Part shown: piece by piece, positions 55,204 to 64,000 of the stretch
Position numbering within the stretch: the first letter of the stretch is position 1
Layout: every line of letters starts with the position of its first letter
DNA from: Rectinema sp.
Lineage (GTDB): Bacteria; Spirochaetota; Spirochaetia; Treponematales; Rectinemataceae
NCBI GenBank assembly: GCA_035415815.1
Contig: DAOOGR010000001.1
Location: forward strand, 990 to 64,989
DNA: 64,000 nt
Direction of reading: 5' to 3'
The notes under the pieces: generated by a model
The model's input: only the letters and a program-made list of their open reading frames with translations
Database searches by the model: none
What the model was told of the DNA's origin: nothing
Translations under genes and position numbers: made by a program

Positions 55204-56055
55204 ATGGCTACAAGTCGCAGAATTAGGAAAAGGTACATGTCTTCGGGTTGGTATCCTGAAGATTCAGCAGAAATCAGTTCTCTTGTCGCAGATTGGACTC
55301 AATCTCAGAAGAATCTATCGGCATATGCTGTTCTCTCGCCCCATGCAGGATGGTATTTTTCTGGGGATTTAGCTGCTAAGTCAGTCTGGGCATTGAGAGA
55401 TTGCGATACAGTGGCAATTCTCGGGGGTCATTTGAGTAGTGGAGATCCCATCCTATATGGCGATGAAGATGATTTCGACTGTACTGTCAGAGATGCAGAG
55501 AATGATATAGAGATGCTTAATGCCTTAAAGGTCGAATTGAAGAATGTTGGGATCCAAGAAATCGCTTCAGATCGAGACATAGATAATTCTGTCGAAATAA
55601 TATTGCCTCTTGCTGGGCTTCGTTTCCCAGAAGCTCGTATTCTATGGCTTCGCGTTCCACCAGATTATAAAGCCAAAGAGCTCGGAGCCGCCCTTTTCAG
55701 GGCGGCATCTTCATGCAAAAAGCAACTTGTTACCATTGCTTCCAGCGATTTGACCCACTATGGCCCTAATTATGGTTTTATGCCACGGGGCTTGGGAGAG
55801 CTAGCTGTCCAATGGGTTAGAAATGAAAACGACAGAGGTTTTATAAATGCAGCGCTTGAGATGGATGCCGACAAGGTATTAAAACACGCTAGGAATAATT
55901 TCTCTGCCTGTTCCTCAGGAGCTGTTGCTGCAGCTATATCTTTTGCTCTCAATGCAGGGGCAAAACATAGTCTTCTAATTGAGCACAAGCTTAGCTTCGA
56001 CATCCATCCTGATCGTTCATTTGTCGGATATGCATCTATCGCTTTTGTTCCATAG
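55204..56055 (+). CDS. MEMO1-family protein (AmmeMemoRadiSam system protein B-like)
   Basis: The start is set at the ATG at 55204, preceded by AGGAGG. SSGWYPED, VLSPHAGWYFSG and SSDLTHYGPNYGF are typical Memo motifs. Confidence 0.8.
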   Translation: MATSRRIRKRYMSSGWYPEDSAEISSLVADWTQSQKNLSAYAVLSPHAGWYFSGDLAAKSVWALRDCDTVAILGGHLSSGDPILYGDEDDFDCTVRDAENDIEMLNALKVELKNVGIQEIASDRDIDNSVEIILPLAGLRFPEARILWLRVPPDYKAKELGAALFRAASSCKKQLVTIASSDLTHYGPNYGFMPRGLGELAVQWVRNENDRGFINAALEMDADKVLKHARNNFSACSSGAVAAAISFALNAGAKHSLLIEHKLSFDIHPDRSFVGYASIAFVP

Positions 56056-56059
56056 AGTC

Positions 56060-57517
56060 TTATTCAGCATATTGGCGAAAAAGCATGAGGGCTTCTTTTT
56101 TAAAAGAATCACCTCGTTCAAACTCATGCATAAACATACCAAAGCTTGCACAGCCTGGAGAAAGAATTACAATATCACCAGGATCAGCTTGCTTGTCTGC
56201 AGTTTGAACTGCTTCATGCATCGAAAAGTAAGGTCCCTTGTAAGCCACTTTGTTTGCATCGAGTATTGGAATGAGACGATCTGTTCCACTTCCCGCGAGA
56301 AGAATTAGCGCTTTTAGGCTCCTTGCTTTTTGAGCAAAGGCCGAAAAGTCACTCATCTTATCGCTTCCGCCAGCTATTAGAACTATAGGGCTAGAAAAGC
56401 TCTCAATGGCTGCAATTGCTGCATCAGGGATAGTAGCAGTGCTATCATTGTACCATCTTATGCCTCGTGTGGAGCCTACGAATTCGAGCCTATGGGGCAC
56501 TCCGGGAAAGCTTGCAAGTCCAGACATGATGTCTTCTGAAGGCAGACCAAATGCACGGGCTGCAACCGCAGCGGCCAAGAGATTCTTTTTTTGATGGCGG
56601 CCAGGAACCAAAACCTGACTTGGCACGAGTAGTTCTTCTGGCCCATCGAAATTGAATTTTCCACGGCCTTCGAGAAGGTCTACAGATGAAGAGAAAGCTC
56701 CAAAATTATCGGGATTACTTAGCTTTGTTTTGCTTTTTATAAGCCAACCACCCAAAGCTCTTTTCCCAACTGACTCCTCGAGGGGGCTTTCACTGTACCA
56801 AAGAACACGAGCTCGGGTTTCCTCTGCAAAAGAATGTCCCCATTTCTGATCAGCATTACATACTGTCCAGCAATTATCATCTTGTGATTCATATATTACA
56901 CGTTTGTCGGAGACATAAGTCTCCATGGAATCATAATAATTCAAATGATCGGGCAAAATATCACTTAGCACCGCTACAAGCGGTTTCAATAGATTTCTAC
57001 CTCGCAAGTCTCCAAGTTGCCAGCTTGAAAGCTCAAGAATTACAGGGACTTCTGTATCTGTCTCATCTAGGAAATCAAGAGGAGAAACTGTGATATTTCC
57101 TCCCAGAAGGGCTTTTTTATTGTTTTTCAAGAGGACATGCCAGAGCGCGGATGCAATGGTCGATTTTCCTTTTGATCCAGTTACCGCGATAAGAGGCGAT
57201 TTGGAATAGCGTAAAAATATTGAGATATCGGTCTCTATTCTTTTTGCAAAAGCTAGATAAGGCGAATCGCGGCGAACAGCAGGGTTTTTTATTACTATAT
57301 CTGCATCGATGAAATCTTTTTTTTCATGGCGACCTAGAACATAGCGAATCGGCAAACCTTTAAGTTCATATATGGCTGGTGATAGAGTTTCAGCGCCACG
57401 TAGGTCTGTGACTGTGACATCTGCTCCAGCTTTTGCAAAGAATCTGGCGCTCGCAATTCCGCCACCATGAAGACCAAGTCCCATTATGGTTATATGTTTG
57501 CCGCGAAATTCATCCAT
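56060..57517 (-). CDS. murD: UDP-N-acetylmuramoylalanine--D-glutamate ligase
   Basis: Rossmann start ITIMGLGLHGGG, Mur ligase P-loop VTGSKGKST, and the C-terminal domain. Confidence 0.93.
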   Translation of the reverse strand: MDEFRGKHITIMGLGLHGGGIASARFFAKAGADVTVTDLRGAETLSPAIYELKGLPIRYVLGRHEKKDFIDADIVIKNPAVRRDSPYLAFAKRIETDISIFLRYSKSPLIAVTGSKGKSTIASALWHVLLKNNKKALLGGNITVSPLDFLDETDTEVPVILELSSWQLGDLRGRNLLKPLVAVLSDILPDHLNYYDSMETYVSDKRVIYESQDDNCWTVCNADQKWGHSFAEETRARVLWYSESPLEESVGKRALGGWLIKSKTKLSNPDNFGAFSSSVDLLEGRGKFNFDGPEELLVPSQVLVPGRHQKKNLLAAAVAARAFGLPSEDIMSGLASFPGVPHRLEFVGSTRGIRWYNDSTATIPDAAIAAIESFSSPIVLIAGGSDKMSDFSAFAQKARSLKALILLAGSGTDRLIPILDANKVAYKGPYFSMHEAVQTADKQADPGDIVILSPGCASFGMFMHEFERGDSFKKEALMLFRQYAE

Positions 57518-57740
57518 TTTGCTGATAATTCCCCTTCATCTTAATTTATTTTATAGTGTTGGAAGAATTTGACTTTTTTAAAATATAGCATAATCGGAAT
57601 ATCTTCGATAGTCTGTTCTATCCAAGAGGAGATGTAATTATATGCATAGAATTCGAATATTATTGTATATTGTGTCAGATTGTGCTAAACCATGATTTTT
57701 CTTGACAGATTTGGAATTCAATCATAGGCTTGAATGAATT

Positions 57741-59897
57741 ATGAACCGCATAGAACATCATCCTATACTTTCTGCAAAAAAGAATCTGACTCTCGTGAAT
57801 TTTTCATTCGATGGAGAGGAAATATCCGGTTATGAAGGAGAACCAGTGGCTTCTGCCCTAATATCCGAAGGCCGGCATGTGTTTTCCTATCACTTTCGGG
57901 ATGGCTTTCCTCAAGGTCTTTTCTGTGCAAATGGTCAATGTTCACAGTGCACAATGTTGATAGACGGCATTCCAAAGAAGTCATGCGTAACTCCTTTGGC
58001 CAAAGGGATGGATGTCCGGACAATTCATGGACTGCCCAGATTGCCTTCTCAGGATAGCCCGCTTGTTCAAGCAGAACGCAGATCGATTCGCACTGATATT
58101 CTCATCATAGGCGCTGGACCTGCTGGACTCGCTGCAGCTGCTGAGCTAGGCAGTATGGGCTTTCAGGTTCTTGTAGCAGATGACAAGCCACAAGCTGGAG
58201 GCAAATTAATCCTCCAGACTCATAAATTTTTCGGTTCAGAAGCCGATTGCTATGCAGGAACACGCGGCATCGATATTGCTAATATACTGCAAGAAGAAGC
58301 CCTGCAATATCCTTCCGTAACAATACTAACGAATGCTCCTGTGGTAGGTATATACAAAGACCGAAAGGCTGGGATCTACCTTAATTACGAATCTTATTTG
58401 CTTGTCGAGTTTACGGCTCTAGTTGTTGCTGCCGGAGCAAGAGAGAAAGCACTCCATTTTCCTGGCTGGGATCTTCCTGGAGTAATAGCAGCAGGAGCTT
58501 TCCAGACACTTGTAAATCGTGATCTTGTCAAGGCATATATGAAAATTCTCATTATAGGTTCGGGCAATGTTGGCTTGATCGCCGCATATCATGCCCTTCA
58601 GGCAGACATCGAAGTCGCTGGTATTTTCGAAGCCGCTGGCAGAGTTAATGGGTATCAGGTACATGCCGACAAGATAAGGCGTTTGGGAATACCAATACAT
58701 CTAAATACGACAATAACGAGGGCAGAGGGCTGTCAAAAGGTCCAGAGAGCGTATGTAGCTGCAGTTGATGAGAGATTTCAGCCTATACCTGGAACAACAA
58801 GAGACTACGAAGTAGATTCTGTTCTAATTGCAGTAGGCCTTGCACCATGCAATGAATTTTTAGAACAAGCCAGACGATATGGTATCATGGCAGTGGCTGC
58901 TGGAGATGCGTCAGAGATAGCAGAAGCTTCGAGTGCTATCTATGGTGGCAAAACTGCGGCGGCAAATCTTGCGCTCATGCTAGGACTAGGGAAAAAAGGA
59001 GCTATTGATCCAGGGTGGGAAAAAACCCGAAAAGTGCTTGCTTCACGGCCGGGAGATTGCTATGAACGTTCTCCGATAGTTCCTGGTAAAGAATGGCGTC
59101 CAGTATTCTTTTGTTCAGAGGAGATTCCATGTAATCCATGTGCAACGGTTTGCCCCCTGGGGTCCATAGAGCTAAGGTCAATGCAAGGCAACATTATGGA
59201 TCTTCCTTACTTTGCAGGAGATCGCTGCACAGGATGTGGAGCCTGCGTAGCAATCTGCCCAGGTCTCGCTATTACTCTAGTGCGAAGGGTCGCAGATGAT
59301 AAGGCACAGGTAGTCCTTCCTTGGGAGTTTAATGTCGATTCTGGACTCGAGGAAGACATGGAACTTGTGGATCAAAAAGGCGAGGTATTGGAAAGAGTCC
59401 CAATAATATCTAAACGAAAAGTGCAGAAAAGAAATACATGGCTTTTGACCTTCGAGGTAGATGTGGCGCATGCAGCAAGGATTGCAGGTGTTAGACATCT
59501 CAAAACGCAGCAAGTTCCTCGACCGCAAAAGGATACAATAGAATTCAAAAATATACCTAGCATCATATCTGTCGAAAAGAGTTCGCTTGAAGACCTAGAT
59601 ACTGTGGTATGTCGCTGCGAACGAATTACCTTGCGAGAAATAGTCGATTTCATCAAGAAAAATGATGTCAAAGACGCAAATCAGCTCAAATCTCTCAGAG
59701 TAGGAATGGGTGCATGTGGAGGAAAAACCTGCTCACAGCTAATTGCAAAGGCATTCATCATTGCAGGAGTGAATCCAGCGGAAATCGAGCCTTTTACTCA
59801 GAGGCCACTTTTTATGGAAGTGCCCATGGGTTCTCTTGTGAATGAAGGTTTGCACAAATTAGGTGGCAAAGACGCAGGTACTAGAGGCGCGCCATGA
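57741..59897 (+). CDS. fused multi-cluster flavoprotein (2Fe-2S N-domain + FAD/NAD(P) oxidoreductase + 2x[4Fe-4S] + BFD-like 2Fe-2S), sarcosine-oxidase-alpha / HcnA-HcnB / proline-dehydrogenase-alpha-like
   Basis: FDGEEISGYEGEPVASALI...CANGQCSQC, dinucleotide folds IIGAGPAGLAAA and IIGSGNVGL, CNPCATVCP and CTGCGACVAICP, and VCRCERIT...GACGGKTC. Confidence 0.8.
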   Translation: MNRIEHHPILSAKKNLTLVNFSFDGEEISGYEGEPVASALISEGRHVFSYHFRDGFPQGLFCANGQCSQCTMLIDGIPKKSCVTPLAKGMDVRTIHGLPRLPSQDSPLVQAERRSIRTDILIIGAGPAGLAAAAELGSMGFQVLVADDKPQAGGKLILQTHKFFGSEADCYAGTRGIDIANILQEEALQYPSVTILTNAPVVGIYKDRKAGIYLNYESYLLVEFTALVVAAGAREKALHFPGWDLPGVIAAGAFQTLVNRDLVKAYMKILIIGSGNVGLIAAYHALQADIEVAGIFEAAGRVNGYQVHADKIRRLGIPIHLNTTITRAEGCQKVQRAYVAAVDERFQPIPGTTRDYEVDSVLIAVGLAPCNEFLEQARRYGIMAVAAGDASEIAEASSAIYGGKTAAANLALMLGLGKKGAIDPGWEKTRKVLASRPGDCYERSPIVPGKEWRPVFFCSEEIPCNPCATVCPLGSIELRSMQGNIMDLPYFAGDRCTGCGACVAICPGLAITLVRRVADDKAQVVLPWEFNVDSGLEEDMELVDQKGEVLERVPIISKRKVQKRNTWLLTFEVDVAHAARIAGVRHLKTQQVPRPQKDTIEFKNIPSIISVEKSSLEDLDTVVCRCERITLREIVDFIKKNDVKDANQLKSLRVGMGACGGKTCSQLIAKAFIIAGVNPAEIEPFTQRPLFMEVPMGSLVNEGLHKLGGKDAGTRGAP

Positions 59898-61066
59898 AAA
59901 ACTATGATGTCGTAATAATAGGAGCTGGATCGGTGGGCCTACCTCTATCATGGCAGCTTGCAGAGAAAGGGCTCAAGGTTGCATTGCTAGATGAGGAGGC
60001 CTCCTGGGGAAGAGGTCAGAATCGGGCTGCTATAGGCGGAATAAGAGCTACTCACTCGGATCCTGCAAAGATACGTATCTGTCTTGAGTCGATAAGGCTT
60101 TTTTCTTCGATGCAGGAGAAGTATGGGTTAGATATGGAATGGAGAGAGGGAGGTTATCTTTATATAGCGTTTGATGAAGCGACAAAACAGCAGTTTTGTG
60201 CACTTCTAAAAAAGCAGAAAGCCGCAGGTCTGGATATTGAGTGGGTAGGCCCAGAGACAATATATCGGCTTGCACCTGGGCTTAGAACCGATGATCTAAT
60301 AGGAGGAACTTATAGCCCCCAAGACGGCTATGCCTCGCCTCTTATGGCCGCAAGTGCTTTTCATTACCTTGCGTTGGCAGCTGGTGTATCTTTTTTCTTC
60401 AATACAAAGGTAAAAGCAATTCATAGAGAAGGTGAAAGAATCTCTTCGATTGAAGCGGGTGGCGAGAGTTTTTCTGCTGACATCTTTGTCAATGCAGCGG
60501 GCGCAAAGGCTGCTGACATTGCAAAAATAGCCGGCTTCGATCTGCCTGTATTTCCGGATTGCCACGAGGCAGGTGTGACAGAACCGGTCGAGCGTTTTAT
60601 GGAACCAATGATAGTCGATGTCCGCTCAGATGCTGAATCTGGGAATTATTATTTCTATCAGGCCGCTACTGGGCAGATTGTGTTCTGTATTACTCCTCGT
60701 CCACAGATATGGGGTCGAGACAAGGATTCTACTTCAACTTTTCTTCCGCTTGTAGTTCGTCGAATGCTTGAACTGTATCCTAGGCTTCGCAATTTGCGGG
60801 TACGGAGAACATGGCGCGGCATGTATCCAATGACTCCTGATGGTCTTCCGATTATAGGCTACCCTGATATGGCTGTGAACTTTTTACAGCTTGTTGGTAT
60901 GTGCGGACAAGGTTTTATGATGGGGCCTGGTCTAGGCAGCATCATTTCGCGGTCTATTGCTGCAAGTGGTTGCCATGAAAGACCCGAGGGTTTCACTGAT
61001 TATGGCTTTTTGTTTGACGAACTTTCGATCAATCGCAGCTTCGATCACGCTGAACTTTTGAGCTGA
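59894..61066 (+). CDS. FAD-dependent oxidoreductase, DAO family (sarcosine-oxidase-beta / HcnC / proline-dehydrogenase-beta-like)
   Basis: YDVVIIGAGSVGLPLSWQLAEKGLKVALLDE. 390 aa. 4-nt overlap with the upstream gene. Confidence 0.85.
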   Translation: MKNYDVVIIGAGSVGLPLSWQLAEKGLKVALLDEEASWGRGQNRAAIGGIRATHSDPAKIRICLESIRLFSSMQEKYGLDMEWREGGYLYIAFDEATKQQFCALLKKQKAAGLDIEWVGPETIYRLAPGLRTDDLIGGTYSPQDGYASPLMAASAFHYLALAAGVSFFFNTKVKAIHREGERISSIEAGGESFSADIFVNAAGAKAADIAKIAGFDLPVFPDCHEAGVTEPVERFMEPMIVDVRSDAESGNYYFYQAATGQIVFCITPRPQIWGRDKDSTSTFLPLVVRRMLELYPRLRNLRVRRTWRGMYPMTPDGLPIIGYPDMAVNFLQLVGMCGQGFMMGPGLGSIISRSIAASGCHERPEGFTDYGFLFDELSINRSFDHAELLS

Positions 61067-61126
61067 TTGACAAAGCCTTCAAAAAGAGCGATATTTTATA
61101 TTCAGACTTATTTAGTAGGAATTATA

Positions 61127-61537
61127 ATGTTTCAGGTTCCAACAAAGACACAGTATGCGATTCGTGCTCTTGTGCATCTAGTGCATGCAAAGTCCGCAAG
61201 CGTCGCAAGCATCGCAGAAGCAGAACATATTCCCTCTAAATACCTCGAAGCAATTCTCGGTAAACTGAAAAATGCCGGGCTTTTGATTTCTGAGCGTGGT
61301 AGGAATGGAGGATACAGGCTTGCAAAAGATCCAACGCTTATACCAATGAGCGAAGTGGTACAAGCAACGGAAGGCGAGATAAGGCTTGTTGAATGTGTCG
61401 ACAACGCGGCAGTCTGCATATTAGGCGAAGGTTGTCTGCCTAGACATTTTTGGCTGGGACTTAAAAGTGCAGTCGATCTATATCTCGAATCTGTTACATT
61501 GGCAGAAATTGCTGGACCTGAAACGTCGTCGACTTAA
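61127..61537 (+). CDS. Rrf2-family transcriptional regulator (three-Cys, IscR/NsrR-like)
   Basis: MFQVPTKTQYAIRALVHL start at the ATG at 61127. Winged-helix GYRLAKDP and the Cys triad CVDNAAVCILGEGC. Confidence 0.85.
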   Translation: MFQVPTKTQYAIRALVHLVHAKSASVASIAEAEHIPSKYLEAILGKLKNAGLLISERGRNGGYRLAKDPTLIPMSEVVQATEGEIRLVECVDNAAVCILGEGCLPRHFWLGLKSAVDLYLESVTLAEIAGPETSST

Positions 61538-61548
61538 AGGAGGCATCC

Positions 61549-62583
61549 ATGAAAAAAGTGGTGGTTGCCTGGTTTATCTTTTTGCTCCTATCATTTCCTG
61601 CTTCCGTGTTTGGAGAAATCACTCTAAAACTAGCACACCTGAATCCTCAAGCACCCTATGAAGTAGTATCAGCCGCAATGGCAGCGGTATTCAAGAGCGA
61701 AGTAGAGAGCAGGTCTAATGGCCAAGTAAAAGTGGAAATCTACCCCGATGGTGAGGTAGGGAAAGAAGTTGAAACGTTGATCCAAGTTAAGTCTGGGAAA
61801 GTACAATCTTTTATCTCTACTTCGGGTGCCATTGCTCAATTCTATCCTCTTATAGATATTACTAACATCCCTTTTTCAATTTCGAGTTACAATGTAGCTT
61901 ACAATGTATATGATGAACAGTTTGGGAAAGAGCTCGCCGCTGATATAGAGGAAAAGGCTGGTTTTCATGTCCTTGGCTTTGGAGAATCAGGAGGATTTTT
62001 TGCTATTACGAATTCAAAGAGGCCAATTAGATCGCCTGGAGACTTAAAAGGCCTCAAACTAAGAACTATGCCTATTCCACTCCATCAGGAAATTGTTAGA
62101 GCATTAGGAGCAACTCCGATTTCCATTGCCTGGTCGGAACTATATACAAGCCTTCTAGCAGGGGTAGTGGATGGTCAAATGAATCCGGTATCTATCATAG
62201 TCATGGATAGATTATATGAAGTACAGAGATATTTGACCCTAATAGATTTTATATATTCTCCTTATGTATGGGTCATCAACCAAGAATTTTACAATAGTCT
62301 TTCCAAAGAGCTTAAGATAGTCGTGGATGATGCTGCAAAAATTGCAATTTTGGCAGGAAGGGGACTATCAAGAATAATAGACTCAACCGAAAGAGGCCTG
62401 CCTATGGTTTCTATGAAAATGCAGGTATATGTTCCATCCAAAACAGCAATAAAGCAGTTTCAAGATATCACGGTCCCAGCAGCAAAGAAGTTCTTGCTTA
62501 CCCAGTACAAAGAGGAAGGAAGAATATGGATGGACAAGTTTTTTGCTGCAATCGATAAAGCAGAAAAAGAGTTAGGGTATTGA
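61549..62583 (+). CDS. TRAP transporter substrate-binding protein (DctP family)
   Basis: Signal peptide, LKLAHLNPQ and other DctP-type features. No dctQ/dctM follows in the window. Confidence 0.88.
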   Translation: MKKVVVAWFIFLLLSFPASVFGEITLKLAHLNPQAPYEVVSAAMAAVFKSEVESRSNGQVKVEIYPDGEVGKEVETLIQVKSGKVQSFISTSGAIAQFYPLIDITNIPFSISSYNVAYNVYDEQFGKELAADIEEKAGFHVLGFGESGGFFAITNSKRPIRSPGDLKGLKLRTMPIPLHQEIVRALGATPISIAWSELYTSLLAGVVDGQMNPVSIIVMDRLYEVQRYLTLIDFIYSPYVWVINQEFYNSLSKELKIVVDDAAKIAILAGRGLSRIIDSTERGLPMVSMKMQVYVPSKTAIKQFQDITVPAAKKFLLTQYKEEGRIWMDKFFAAIDKAEKELGY

Positions 62584-62652
62584 TTGCTGTATCTTTCTCA
62601 ATTGTCCAACTAAGAGCAGCGCTTTCCTAAAATTAGATACTTTTCAAGCAGA

Positions 62653-63939
62653 TCAAAGCTTTCCGAATAAATAAGCAAATATGCGCTGTATGCCATCCAA
62701 GAGAATTCTAAATATGTTACCTTTCGAAATATCCTGACCAGAAACTAGGTTGACCGAAGAAATCTTTATGCCATCTATTTCATAAACAATTTCACCTAAC
62801 TTTTGCCCTTTATATATAGGAGCTCTGATGTTTTTGACAGTTTCGATTCGAGCAGTTACTCGGTCTTTGAGTAGAGCAGGAACTGTAGCCGCTGCCTCAC
62901 CTTCAGGCTCTGGATCTACCCAAATCGATTTGCCAAACCATACACGAAGAGGCTTTGGCAAAATATAGCCAGGTCTTGCAGTAGCGAAATTCGCAAATGC
63001 CCAGTCGAGGAGGGCCTTTGTATCTTTTGTGCGTTGGGTGGCACCATCAGCATAGGGGGTAGATGACCCTCCCAAAAGCACTGCAATAAAGCGATTACCG
63101 TTTCGCATCGCTGTGGCGGCCATATTGTATCCTACTTCGATTATATAGCCCGTTTTTAGGCCATCGGCTCCTTCGTAGTTGAATATAAGGGGATTGCGGT
63201 TGTATTGAAGAACGATACCATTGGGGCGATATTGCGATGTTGCATGTTCAGGTCGAGGGAATCGAATTGAATGTATCGAATGAAGCTCTTTGAGCGATTT
63301 AGGATGCAGTTCAATATATTTTTTACAGAAAAAAGCAAAGTCTCTAGCAGTTACAAGATTGAACTCCGAAAGTCCGCTGGGTTCTACAAAGCTGAGGTTA
63401 TGGAAACCCAATGCTTTTACCTCATTGTTCATCATCTTAGCGAATTCTTCATTCGATCCTGCAATCCGGCGAGCTAGTGCATAAGCTGCATCATTCCCCG
63501 ATACTACAGCCGCCCCCAGCATTAAATCCCGCACACTAACCTTCATTCCTGGCTGCAGATACATAAGTGAAGAACCGTAAGGAATAAAAGGCGAACAATC
63601 TTGCGGATCGATCTCAATGATTTCGTCCAGGGAAAGTCTCCCTGATTCTATCTCTTCCATAGCGATATGGAGAGTGACGAGCTTTGCCAAGCTGGCAGGC
63701 GGTAGTCTAAGATCCGCTTCTTTTTCATATAAGATAGTCCCCGTTGCAGCATCTATCAGTATGGCTGATCTGGCATTTAGCGAAGGTGGATCTGGAATCT
63801 CTATGCCTAATCTATTGATTGCTTCGATCGGATAGGCTGGAAGGCTAAAAATGACAAAGCATGTGACAATCCCTAGAATTGAAAGTCTGACTTTGTTTAT
63901 GCATATTTTGCGTCTTTTGATTGCTAGAATAAGCTTCAT
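62653..63939 (-). CDS. dacA: D-alanyl-D-alanine carboxypeptidase (PBP5/6-type, S11)
   Basis: SxxK (ASLAK), SxN (SGND) and KTG (LKTGYI) motifs, with an N-terminal signal/anchor and a C-terminal beta domain. Confidence 0.88.
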   Translation of the reverse strand: MKLILAIKRRKICINKVRLSILGIVTCFVIFSLPAYPIEAINRLGIEIPDPPSLNARSAILIDAATGTILYEKEADLRLPPASLAKLVTLHIAMEEIESGRLSLDEIIEIDPQDCSPFIPYGSSLMYLQPGMKVSVRDLMLGAAVVSGNDAAYALARRIAGSNEEFAKMMNNEVKALGFHNLSFVEPSGLSEFNLVTARDFAFFCKKYIELHPKSLKELHSIHSIRFPRPEHATSQYRPNGIVLQYNRNPLIFNYEGADGLKTGYIIEVGYNMAATAMRNGNRFIAVLLGGSSTPYADGATQRTKDTKALLDWAFANFATARPGYILPKPLRVWFGKSIWVDPEPEGEAAATVPALLKDRVTARIETVKNIRAPIYKGQKLGEIVYEIDGIKISSVNLVSGQDISKGNIFRILLDGIQRIFAYLFGKL

Positions 63940-63953
63940 CGATGTTTTCCCGA

Positions 63954-64000
63954 TTAGAAATCAGCTTGACGCGGCGCTCTTGGGAAAGGGATAACATCGC
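63954..64000 (-). CDS. 3' end of an unidentified gene continuing beyond the right edge
   Basis: The reverse strand is open from the window edge to the TAA at 63956..63954 (...DVIPFPRAPRQADF*). Only 15 codons are visible, so no product call is possible. Confidence 0.25.
   Translation of the reverse strand, partial: DVIPFPRAPRQADF

Noticed and set aside
57642-57695. 17-codon ORF (MHRIRILLYIVSDCAKP) upstream of the flavoprotein gene, considered as a leader peptide.
   Set aside because: AGGAG lies 10 nt away, which is marginal spacing, and is immediately followed by an ATG-TAA mini-ORF. The composition is not distinctive, and a candidate promoter (TTGACA at about 57708) lies downstream of it. 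The evidence is too weak.
1-64000. Search for CRISPR arrays, transposases, integrases, prophage modules, toxin-antitoxin pairs or known defence genes, especially beside the tRNA cluster at 7929..8267.
   Set aside because: No spaced direct repeats were seen, and no ORF has recombinase, transposase, phage or nuclease-defence features. All large ORFs have ordinary housekeeping or metabolic assignments. The tRNA cluster is flanked by mgtA and the V-ATPase operon, with no island-like insertion.

Overview
The window is a 64-kb, almost fully coding chromosomal segment with about 60 protein genes, 4 tRNAs, and no rRNA. I did all analysis by eye, so hand-counted motif coordinates may be off by 1-2 nt.

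Most genes are housekeeping:
- Translation and ribosome: EF-G paralogue, argS, rplU-rpmA-obg-nadD-yqeK-LCP-rsfS, ctc/L25, tilS, RqcH-like gene, rnz.
- DNA, envelope and secretion: mfd, ligA, secA, ftsH, murD, a PBP5-type carboxypeptidase.
- Isoprenoid synthesis and regulation: ispG, ispE, nrdR, spoVG.
- Transport and signalling: a 7-gene V-type ATPase operon, an mgtA operon, a NitT/TauT-type ABC transporter, a hybrid histidine kinase, and a flavoprotein/Rrf2/TRAP-binding-protein cluster.

The V-ATPase gene order (E-DUF2764-A-B-D-I-K), the stand-alone EF-G paralogue, spoVG, a PTS-Ntr-type EIIA and several lipoprotein signals suggest a spirochaete-like bacterium. This is an inference, not a proof.

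I saw no CRISPR array, transposase, integrase, prophage genes, toxin-antitoxin pair or recognisable defence genes. No clear-cut new system is demonstrated.

The observations most worth follow-up are:
1. A tightly overlapping operon is headed by a specialised NusG paralogue. It encodes a xanthine-dehydrogenase/CO-dehydrogenase-family trio with eroded cofactor motifs.
2. The mgtA leader carries a well-placed proline-rich 33-codon upstream ORF. It also has a hairpin in which a 10-nt copy of the 16S rRNA 3' tail masks the mgtA ribosome-binding site. A translationally coupled EIIA(Ntr)-like protein with an unknown C-terminal domain follows mgtA.
3. A 114-aa protein has a C-terminal tail of about 70 residues that is almost pure Asp/Glu.
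4. Several genes have a -10 box 5-10 nt upstream of a start codon that lacks a Shine-Dalgarno sequence, suggesting leaderless mRNAs.
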